This document shows positions 39,734 to 48,258 of a DNA stretch of 64,000 bases, one piece after another. Each line of letters begins with the position of its first letter. Within the stretch, counting starts at the first letter, position 1. This stretch comes from an uncultured Clostridia bacterium (GTDB lineage Bacteria; Bacillota; Clostridia; TANB77; CAG-508): positions 2,591 through 66,590 of the forward strand of contig CANSTR010000005.1 of the NCBI GenBank assembly GCA_947649935.1, given 5' to 3'. Under the pieces are notes generated by a model, which saw only the letters and a program-made list of their open reading frames with translations, was not told the origin of the DNA and made no database searches. Made by a program: the position numbers and the translations under genes.

Positions 39734-40555
39734 ATGAAAAAAAATCTGAAAAGAAATGTAGCCATTGTATTGATTATCGTGATAACCATTTTGTGCATTT
39801 TATCCGGAATTCGCACAAGGCACAATGCCAAATTAATCATCACGCAATTAGCAGGCGAAGGAAATGGTTATGTTTTGGAAACATCCAAAAATCAATTGAT
39901 TGTCATTGATGGCGGAAACGAGAAAGATACTGAAAATTTGAAAAAAATCATTCAAGAAAAAGGCGAGAATAAAGTGCTTGCTTGGTTTATCACGTCCCCA
40001 ATTTCCAGTAACACAGGCGCCTTTTTGGAGATTTTGAAACATCATCCACAAATTTCAATTGCGCATATTTATTCGAGTTTGAATAGTGGCGAATGGTATG
40101 AGCAAACGGATTTAGCAGACGCGGAAGTTGCGCATATTAAAGAATTGCTAGAAGTCATCAATGAAAAAGAGAATTTGCCAAAATACATTGATTTGCAAAG
40201 ACGCGTTCGTTATCCTTTTGACAATTATTTCATCACGCCATTGGAACTTAGAGATAACGAATCTACGAAAATCTCTGACCATACGATTGTTTTGAAGGTT
40301 GATAATTCTTTTAAAAGTGCGATTTTTTTCGGAAATATCGGAAAACAAGAAAGCCATTTGTTTTTCGAAAATGACAAAGACCAATTTGAAAATGAGTTGA
40401 TTCAAATTTCAACAAATTTGGAAAACGGAATTTCTGATGAACTTTTTACAGCGTTAAAAACAGATAAAATCATGATTTCTGGACAAAATAAATGGGAAAA
40501 CAAGGCAGAAGTTTATGAAAAAAAGGACGCAGAAGTGACAGTTGAAATTTGGTAA
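39734..40555 (+). CDS. Membrane-anchored MBL-fold-like protein with degenerate metal motif
   Basis: 273 aa. N-terminal TM. GNGYVLETSKNQLIVIDGG resembles ComEC-type beta-lactamase-fold starts, but the HxHxDH position reads TSPISSNTG. Confidence 0.4.
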   Translation: MKKNLKRNVAIVLIIVITILCILSGIRTRHNAKLIITQLAGEGNGYVLETSKNQLIVIDGGNEKDTENLKKIIQEKGENKVLAWFITSPISSNTGAFLEILKHHPQISIAHIYSSLNSGEWYEQTDLADAEVAHIKELLEVINEKENLPKYIDLQRRVRYPFDNYFITPLELRDNESTKISDHTIVLKVDNSFKSAIFFGNIGKQESHLFFENDKDQFENELIQISTNLENGISDELFTALKTDKIMISGQNKWENKAEVYEKKDAEVTVEIW

Positions 40556-40569
40556 AAAAGGAGGCTTTT

Positions 40570-42234
40570 ATGGATTTAAGTGATGTGATGAAATGGTATG
40601 ATTTTAAGGAAAATTACAACGCGTTAAATTTGAATGAAAAGTTTAAAGCAGATGCGACTGAAAAATTTGATTACGTTTTGCTTCAAGATGACATTGAAAA
40701 AATCGAAATTGCCAAAAAGCATTTGAAATCAAATGGCACCATTTTGTTGTTTCTCAATAATCGTTTTGGCATTCGCTATTTTGCGGGAGATAAGCAAAAT
40801 GGCAAGGCATTTGATACGATTTGTTCGGAAAATTGTAATTTGTATAGCAAAAAGGAAATCGAGCAAATTTTGCAAAATCATGGATTTCAGAATTACAAAT
40901 TCTTTTATCCATTGCCAAATTACGAAAATCCAAGTGTCATTTTTTCAGATGAATATTTGCCACATTATACAGACACAAAACTTTTGTATAACAATCTTTA
41001 TCCGAAAAATACGGCATTGGTTTTTCAGGAATTGCAAGCTTTAAAGCAATTGACCAAAGCGGGAGAATTTGCGTTTTTTGCGAATTCCTATATTGTCGAA
41101 ATCAATCCAAAAGAACAGCTAAAGTTTGTGAGTTTTAATCATTCGCGTAAAAAAGAATTTCAGTTAGCAACAAAAATGTATGAAAAATTTGTTGTGAAAG
41201 AAATGGCAAATGAGAATGCCAAAGAGCACATTTTGAATATGCAAAATTATATTCAGGAACTTCAAAATCACGACATCAAAATCATTGACAAAGCGGAAAA
41301 TGACAAAATTATTTCGCGTTTTGTACAAGACAAAACCTTATTTCAAAAAATTGTGGAGATGATAAAAAATCACGAAATCGAAAAGGCTTGTGAGAAAATT
41401 GGCGAATGGTACAATTTTTTGAAAACCAAATTTGCAAAAGATAAAACGGATGAATTCAATCAAAATATTGCCGATAAAAATCAGTTAAGTAGCGGGTTGA
41501 CGATTGTGAAAAAAGCGTATATTGATTTGGTTTTGGAAAATGTTTTTGTAGAAAATAATGAATTTGTATTTTTTGACCAAGAATGGTGTTTTGAAAATTT
41601 GCCATTGGAATTTATTTTGTATCGCGCGATTAATAATTTGTATATTTACAATTTTGAAATAGAAGAAATTTTCCCAAAAGAAGATTGCTTGAAAAGATTT
41701 GGTTTAGGTGAGTTTGTAGCATTATTTGAAGAAATTGAAAAGGCGATACAAAATAGGATTATTGATAATGAATCTGTAAAAAATTTCAATCAAACGCCGA
41801 TGGTTGAAGATGTAAGATTTTTGCTAGATGAGCGAAATCAGCTAAGTGAAATGTGTCAAGGATTACAGCAGGCAAGAGAGGAATTATTTCAAACCAATCA
41901 AGAGATGGAATTTTTGATTGGCGAGCAAAAACAACAAATTGCCGAAAAAGATAAATATATTGAAAAGCTGGAGACTTACGAAAAAGACAAAGATGGCAAA
42001 ATTGAAAATTTGCAAGAAACGTTAGGTTTGGTCAAAGTTGATAACGAAAAAAAGCAGGAATATATTCATTCTTTGGAAGAATATAAGCAAGAAAAAGAAA
42101 GAGAAAATCAAGAATTAAACGAAATTATCCAGAATTTGAATGAAATCATCCAAGTCAAAGACCATCAAATTGAAAATTATGAAAATATGAAAGCCGTAAA
42201 ATTAACAAACAAATTAAGAGGTTTAAAAAAATAA
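40570..42234 (+). CDS. WbdD-like protein: degenerate methyltransferase-like + kinase-like + long C-terminal coiled coil
   Basis: AAGGAGG RBS before ATG 40570. The N-terminus is paralogous to the C-half of 38623 (FYPLPNYENPSVIFSDEYLP vs FYYPLPDYKLPNVIFSDEYLP) but lacks SAM motif I. YIDLVLENVFVENNEFVFFDQEW resembles a protein-kinase-like catalytic loop. The last ~150 aa are coiled coil. Confidence 0.55.
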   Translation: MDLSDVMKWYDFKENYNALNLNEKFKADATEKFDYVLLQDDIEKIEIAKKHLKSNGTILLFLNNRFGIRYFAGDKQNGKAFDTICSENCNLYSKKEIEQILQNHGFQNYKFFYPLPNYENPSVIFSDEYLPHYTDTKLLYNNLYPKNTALVFQELQALKQLTKAGEFAFFANSYIVEINPKEQLKFVSFNHSRKKEFQLATKMYEKFVVKEMANENAKEHILNMQNYIQELQNHDIKIIDKAENDKIISRFVQDKTLFQKIVEMIKNHEIEKACEKIGEWYNFLKTKFAKDKTDEFNQNIADKNQLSSGLTIVKKAYIDLVLENVFVENNEFVFFDQEWCFENLPLEFILYRAINNLYIYNFEIEEIFPKEDCLKRFGLGEFVALFEEIEKAIQNRIIDNESVKNFNQTPMVEDVRFLLDERNQLSEMCQGLQQAREELFQTNQEMEFLIGEQKQQIAEKDKYIEKLETYEKDKDGKIENLQETLGLVKVDNEKKQEYIHSLEEYKQEKERENQELNEIIQNLNEIIQVKDHQIENYENMKAVKLTNKLRGLKK

Positions 42235-42246
42235 ACGTAAAAACAA

Positions 42247-42269
42247 TGTAGGGGCGGCTATCAGCCGCC
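42247..42269 (+). repeat. GC-rich hairpin repeat copy abutting an RBS
   Basis: GTAGGGGCGGCT-ATC-AGCCGCCC, immediately followed by GAGGAGG and ATG 42282. Confidence 0.75.
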
Positions 42270-42281
42270 CGAGGAGGAACA

Positions 42282-43910
42282 ATGGACATCCAACAAAAAA
42301 TGAAAATTTATCATTTTTTAGACAAACATCCAAAATTGAAAAAATGTTTGGTAACACCCTATCGAAAATTGGCAAAAAAATATACGACAGCAGAAGAACC
42401 AGAATATAATCAATGGATTATCCAAAATGAGCCAACTTTCAGAGAATTAAAAAAGCAAAAAAAATATTTGTTTGAAGATTCATACAAAATCAGTGTGGTC
42501 GTTCCATTGTTTGAAACGCAGGAATATTTTTTGGCAGAATTAATTCGTTGTTTGAAACAGCAAACCTATAGCAATTGGGAATTGTGTTTGGCAGACGGAA
42601 GTCCGCAAAAACTTGAATTTGTACAAAAATATTTAAAAGATGAGAGAATCCAATACAAGTGGATTGGTGAAAACAAAGGCATTTCAGGCAATACGAATGA
42701 AGCCATTCAAATGGCAACAGGCGATTTTATTGGACTTCTCGACCATGATGATTTATTGGCTCCATTTGCGTTATTTGAAGTGATGAAAGCAATTGAAAAA
42801 AATCCAGAAGCCCAATTTTTGTATTCGGATGAAGACCGCATGGAAGGCGAGTTTCATAAAAGAAAAAACATGTTTTTTAAACCGGATTTCTCAAAATATA
42901 CGTTAAGGAGCGCCAATTATATTTGCCATTTTAGCGTGTTTAAGAGGGAATTGATGAATAAGCTTGGTGGCTTACAATGTGAATACGACGGCAGTCAGGA
43001 TTTTGATTTGGTCCTTCGCGCGTCAGAAAAAACGGACAAAATTTATCACATTCCAAAAGTGTTATATCATTGGCGCGATCACGCTGGTTCCACGGCGGAA
43101 AATAGCGATGCCAAGCCGTATGCCTACGAAGTTGCCAAAAAAGTGATCAAAGACCATTTTGAACGTTGCAATATTCCAGTTCAAATCAAAGATGGAATCA
43201 GTAGCGGAAGTTATGAAATTCAGTATTTGGTGAAAGGAAATCCGAAAGTTGCGATTTTGGTGGAAACGGAAGGGATTTCAGATAAGGCAAAATTTGAAGA
43301 ACATTTGAAAAATAATTTTAATGATAAAAATACAGAAATTGTCATGTTGAATGAAAACGTGTTTGAGCAATGCCAAAAGTTAGACGCAGATTATTTTATG
43401 ATTGTGGACCAGAATTTTGTCGATGTCCAAAACAAAGATTGGATACAAAATTTGGTCGGAATTGCGCAGAATGATGATGTTGGAATTGTGGGAACCAAAT
43501 TGTATAACAAGCAAGGAAATGTGGAGCATTGCGGAATTGTGCTTGGCATGAATGGCGCGGGCGATTTTTTGTATAAAGGTGTGCCCAAAGATATGCCAAC
43601 TTATATGCAACGTTTGAAAATCATTCATAATGTGTCAGCTGTTTATTATAAATATGCGATGATTGATAAAAAGGCATTTGCGCAAATTGCAGAAATCGAT
43701 TTTCGCAAAAATGAATTATGGACGAGTATTGATTTGTGTTTAAAATTGCAAAAAATGCAAAAGCAAGTGGTCATGAATCCGTTGGTTGAAATTTGCGTAA
43801 ATGAAATTCCGCAAAATGATACCATAGAGCTGGCAATCGAAATCCCAGAAGACCCGTATTTTAGCCCAAATTTGTCGAAAAAAACAACGTATTTATCCAT
43901 CAATCTGTAG
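42282..43910 (+). CDS. GT2 glycosyltransferase with N-terminal extension and divergent second GT-A-like half
   Basis: 542 aa. ISVVVPLFETQEYF...QQTYSNWELCLADGSP, LDHDD. Paralog of 46396 and 48259. Stop TAG inside a repeat copy. Confidence 0.8.
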   Translation: MDIQQKMKIYHFLDKHPKLKKCLVTPYRKLAKKYTTAEEPEYNQWIIQNEPTFRELKKQKKYLFEDSYKISVVVPLFETQEYFLAELIRCLKQQTYSNWELCLADGSPQKLEFVQKYLKDERIQYKWIGENKGISGNTNEAIQMATGDFIGLLDHDDLLAPFALFEVMKAIEKNPEAQFLYSDEDRMEGEFHKRKNMFFKPDFSKYTLRSANYICHFSVFKRELMNKLGGLQCEYDGSQDFDLVLRASEKTDKIYHIPKVLYHWRDHAGSTAENSDAKPYAYEVAKKVIKDHFERCNIPVQIKDGISSGSYEIQYLVKGNPKVAILVETEGISDKAKFEEHLKNNFNDKNTEIVMLNENVFEQCQKLDADYFMIVDQNFVDVQNKDWIQNLVGIAQNDDVGIVGTKLYNKQGNVEHCGIVLGMNGAGDFLYKGVPKDMPTYMQRLKIIHNVSAVYYKYAMIDKKAFAQIAEIDFRKNELWTSIDLCLKLQKMQKQVVMNPLVEICVNEIPQNDTIELAIEIPEDPYFSPNLSKKTTYLSINL

Positions 43911-44108
43911 GGTCAGATAGCCCTCATTGACCCGAAAATGTAAAAATAAATCAAAAATGCAAAAATAAACGAGGGTCGATGTAGGCATCGACCTGTACAA
44001 AATAGAAAATACATAAAAAAATGCAAAATTGTCAAAAAGACAACAAAATCGAACTATTAAGGATTCCTTAATAGTTCAAAAATGTAGAGGCAGATAGCCC
44101 TCATCGAC
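43907..44108. repeat. Intergenic cluster: three GC-rich repeat copies plus an AT-rich perfect hairpin
   Basis: 43907-43933 GTAGGGTCAGATAGCCCTCATTGACCC. 43971-43998 reverse copy (GAGGGTCGATG-TAGG-CATCGACCTGTAC). 44051-44077 gaactattaagga-t-tccttaatagttc. 44084-44108 GTAGAGGCAGATAGCCCTCATCGAC. Confidence 0.75.
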
Positions 44109-44139
44109 AAAAAATAAAATGAAACAAGGAGAAAAAATC

Positions 44140-46403
44140 ATGCCGAAAACAGACATTATCATTCCTATTTATAATGCATATGAATTTACAAAAGCATGCA
44201 TTCAATCTGTTTTAAAATATACAGATTTAGCAAAACATCAGTTAATTTTAATCAATGATAAAAGTTCTGATGAGAGAATTTTGCCTAGCTTAAAAAAATT
44301 TGTAGCAGAAAATCCAGATAAAAAAATTGTTGTGTTAGAGAATAAGGAAAATTTGGGTTTTGTTGAAACCGTTAATCGTGGGATGCGTTATTCGGAAAAT
44401 GATGTGCTTTTGCTCAATAGCGACACAGAAGTAACCGAAAATTGGTTGGAAAAAATCATTCGTTGCGCCTATCAAAATGACTATATTGCAACTGTTACAC
44501 CATTGACGAATAATGGAACGATTGCCTCTGTGCCAAATTTTGGTATGGATAACGAATTGCCCGAAAATATGACAGTGGCAGAATATGCTGAAATGATTGA
44601 AAAATGTTCGCTTAAACGTTTTCCAGAAATCACGACAGCTAATGGATTTTGCATGCTGATCAAAAGAAATGTGATAAATGAAGTTGGACTTTTCGATAGC
44701 GAAAATTTTGGCAAAGGGTATGGCGAAGAAAACGATTTTTGTTATCGCGCTTTGAACCACGGTTTTATTCACGTTTTGTGTGACGATACTTTTGTGTATC
44801 ACAAAGGAACGCAGTCTTTTGAAACAAGCGAAAATCACATGGAAAAACTGCGTGAAATGCATCCGATTGGAACGTTTAAAACAGACCATTTTATCCATGT
44901 CAATCCCTTGAAAGATATTCAAGATAATGTGAGAATCAATACAGAATTGTATGGCAAAAAACGCATTTTATTTTTGGTAAATGAATGGGAAGAAAACATG
45001 GAAATGACGGGTGGCGCGTCTTTGCACATGAAAGATATCATTCAAAAAGTGCGCAAAAAAGACGCCTGTTTTGTAGTATGTCCTGATAAAAATGATTTGT
45101 CGCGCTTGTCTGTTTATTTGTATACACAAAAAATTGGAAGGCTAATTTATAACATCAAAACAGAGCTTGGCATGTATGGGCAATTGAATTTTCATGAGCA
45201 AACTTACGTAGATGTTTTGGAAAAATTATTTGCCAGTTTTCATTTTGATATAGTCCATAGTCATCATTTTTTGTTCCAAACATTTGATGTGGCGGAAATT
45301 GCTAAAAAATATGGCGCTTATTCAATCGTTACTTTGCATGATTTGTACCTGCTTTGTCCGTCGATTAATATGGTGAATAAGGGCAAATTCTGTAGCGAAA
45401 TTAATCCGCTTGATTGCAAAGAATGTTTTGCGGAAAAACATAAAATTAATGAAAATGTGTTGGATAAATGGCGAAAAGAATGTCATCAAATCTTGCAAAA
45501 ATTTGATAAAGTCGTTGCACCATCGGAAAATACGAAACAATTATTTTTACAGGCATATCCAGATTTACAAATTGACGTCATAGAACATGGAACAGACGTC
45601 GTAGGGGCAGATGCCCACATCTGCCCAGATGATGATGCACGAAAATCCAAAGATACGTTTGACATTGCCTTTGTTGGCGCTATGGAAAAGCATAAGGGAA
45701 GCGAGATTTTAAAAGAATTGATTGAAAAAAATACGAGTGAAAAAATAAAAATTCATTTATTTGGGAAAACGTTTGATGAAGAGCTGGAAAAAAATACGCA
45801 AAATTATACCTTTCATGGAAGTTACCGAAGAGGCGAATTGCCACAATTGTTAAGGGAACATCAAATTGATTTGGTTTGCTTGTTTCCGATTTGGCCGGAG
45901 ACATATTCGTATACATTAACCGAAAGTTATATGGCGAAAATTCCGGTGATTTCGTTTGACATTGGCGCGATTGCAGAGCGTTTAAAACGTGATAAATTGC
46001 GGTTGGGTGCTTCCTGTTCGGAACTTCTGCTGAGCAAATTTTAAGCAAAATCGAAGAAATTAGAAATCATCAAGACGAATATGAAGCCGTCAAAAATCAT
46101 TTTGAAACATATGAATTTAAAAACCTTGAGCAAATGCAAAAGGAATATGAGGCAATTTATGAGAAAAGTGGGAAGGCGAAAAATGAGGTGGTTTGTACCG
46201 AAAAAGTAGACGATTTGCAACGCAAAACGGATGTTTATGATTTGCGTGTTTTGCAAATTAATTTAAGTGCAAACCTAAAAGAATTGCAAGATTATAAAAA
46301 TCGATATGGCTTTTTGGTGGAAAGATTTCAGAAAAAGCAGAATACAAAAATTTGGCAAACGGCCAAGAAAATAAAACGATTTTTGAAAGGAAATAATGGG
46401 TGA
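44140..46403 (+). CDS. GT2 + GT4 + coiled-coil glycosyltransferase (paralog of 32860), interrupted at two in-frame CGG codons
   Basis: Track ORFs 44119-46044 and 46134-46403. Segments 44140-45999, 46001-46018 and 46020-46403 join as RDKL-GWVLPV-GTSAEQILSKIEEIRNHQDEYEAVKNH; the paralog reads DNLGWVL...EIIEKIHQIFEDEKEYENVKNH. Contains an in-frame repeat copy at 45601-45626. Confidence 0.8.
45601..45626 (+). repeat. GC-rich hairpin repeat copy inside a CDS (in frame)
   Basis: GTAGGGGCAGAT-GCCCAC-ATCTGCCC is read as VGADAHICP. The paralog at 32860 has unrelated sequence at this position. Confidence 0.7.
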
Positions 46404-48249
46404 AATCATGATTGATACGCATCATATGAAAAATCAAATCAAATTTTATGTGAAAAAATATGGAATTTTTAAAACAATTTTGAAATGTTTGAAAGTGGGA
46501 AGTCGAAAATTAATTCGTATTTTAAAAGGCGAACGTGATGTGAATTATGGCGATTATGGCGACTGGATTCACAGCAATGAGGTGCGCGATTGGGAAATTA
46601 AGGCACAGACGAAAAAGAAATTCAAAAACATGCCGAAAATTAGCATCGTAGTTCCGATGTATCATACCAAAGAAAAGTTTTTGAAAGAATTGGTGAATTC
46701 TGTTTTGCAGCAAACATACAGCAATTGGGAACTTTGTTTTGCCGACGGGAGCGAAACGCAAAACGAAAAATTGCATAAAATTCTGGAAAAAGATCGTCGT
46801 ATCAAATACCAATTTTTGCATGAAAATAAGGGTATTTCGGAGAATACCAATCAAGCCATCAAAATGGCAACTGGCGATTATATCGCGCTTTTGGACCATG
46901 ATGATGTGCTTGCAAAGTATGCGTTATACGAAGTGGTCAAAAGGATAAATCAATTTCCAGAAGCGGAATTTTTATATTCGGATGAAGATAAAATCGACCA
47001 AAATGGTAATCGTTTTGATGCCTATTTTAAGCCAGAATTTGCGCCAGATACACTCAGATGCCAAAATTATATTTGCCATTTTAGCGTTTTCAAAAAGGAA
47101 TTGATGGACAAGCTAGGTGGTTTTCGTTCAGAATTTGATGGTGCGCAGGATTATGATATTTTTTTGCGCATGTCGGAAGTGGTAAAGCCGGAAAATATCA
47201 AGCATATTCCGCGTATTTTGTATCATTGGCGCGTGCATAAAGGTTCGACGGCGATGGAAAATAGCGAAGCGAAAAATTATGCCTTTGACAATGGAATTAA
47301 GGCAATCGAGGCGCATTTGGAAAGAGTGGGGCTAGCTGGAAAAGTTTCCAATGGTGCGATTCCTGGAATTTACCGCATCGATTACGAGGTGAAAGGCAAT
47401 CCAAAAGTTTCGCTTGTGATTCCCAATAAAGATGGCAAAGAAATTTTGGAAGTGTGCATCAATTCTGTGCTTCAAAAAACGACGTATGAGAATTACGAAA
47501 TCGTGATTGTCGAGAATAATAGTGAGACAGAGGAAATTTTTGCATATTACAAAGAGTTAGAAAAGAACGAAAAAATTAAGGTTGTCAAATATCCAAAAAC
47601 AGGGTTTAACTATTCGGGAATTGTGAATTTTGGGGTCAAAAATTGCACAGGAGAATATGTGGTTCAACTGAATAATGATACCGAGTTACTGACGCCGAAT
47701 TGGCTGGAAATCATGCTTGGCTTTGCGCAAAGGAGCGATGTTGGCGCCGTTGGTGTGAAGTTGTATTATCCAGATGAGACGATTCAGCATGCTGGTATTA
47801 TTGTTGGGCTTGGCGGTGTTGCGGGAAATCGTTTCAAAAGTATTCCGAAAAAGGGACACGGCTATTTTGCACAGGAAAGCATGATACAGAATTTAAGCGC
47901 CGTCACAGCTGCGTGCATTATGACGCCGAAAAGCATGTATGAAGAAGTTGGTTACATGGACGAAAAATTGGCGGTTGCGTTTAATGACGTGGATTTTTGC
48001 TTGAAAATTCGTGAAAAAGGCTATTTGATTGTGTACAATCCGTTTGTGGAGTTTGTGCATTATGAATCCAAAAGTCGAGGCGAGGAAAATACGCTGGAGA
48101 AAATCAAACGTTTTCAAGGCGAGATTAATACTTTTAAGGAAAAGTGGCAGAATTTTTTGGATGAAGGTGACCCGTATTATAACATCAATTTGAGTTTGGA
48201 TACAGAAGTGTATCATATGAAGCGTGTTCGAATTAATCATGATAAATAG
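46396..48249 (+). CDS. Dual-domain GT2 glycosyltransferase
   Basis: 617 aa. Two GT-A modules (ISIVVPMYHTKEKF...LDHDD; VSLVIPNKDG...IVENNSE...LNNDTE). Paralog of 48259. Confidence 0.85.
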   Translation: MGEIMIDTHHMKNQIKFYVKKYGIFKTILKCLKVGSRKLIRILKGERDVNYGDYGDWIHSNEVRDWEIKAQTKKKFKNMPKISIVVPMYHTKEKFLKELVNSVLQQTYSNWELCFADGSETQNEKLHKILEKDRRIKYQFLHENKGISENTNQAIKMATGDYIALLDHDDVLAKYALYEVVKRINQFPEAEFLYSDEDKIDQNGNRFDAYFKPEFAPDTLRCQNYICHFSVFKKELMDKLGGFRSEFDGAQDYDIFLRMSEVVKPENIKHIPRILYHWRVHKGSTAMENSEAKNYAFDNGIKAIEAHLERVGLAGKVSNGAIPGIYRIDYEVKGNPKVSLVIPNKDGKEILEVCINSVLQKTTYENYEIVIVENNSETEEIFAYYKELEKNEKIKVVKYPKTGFNYSGIVNFGVKNCTGEYVVQLNNDTELLTPNWLEIMLGFAQRSDVGAVGVKLYYPDETIQHAGIIVGLGGVAGNRFKSIPKKGHGYFAQESMIQNLSAVTAACIMTPKSMYEEVGYMDEKLAVAFNDVDFCLKIREKGYLIVYNPFVEFVHYESKSRGEENTLEKIKRFQGEINTFKEKWQNFLDEGDPYYNINLSLDTEVYHMKRVRINHDK

Positions 48250-48258
48250 GGAGAAACT

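Noticed and set aside
39670-39909. 79-aa ORF spanning the repeat cluster upstream of 39734.
   Set aside because: It starts inside the GC-rich hairpins and has no RBS. It overlaps the well-supported ATG 39734 (GGAGG RBS) in another frame. Its composition is an artefact of the repeats.
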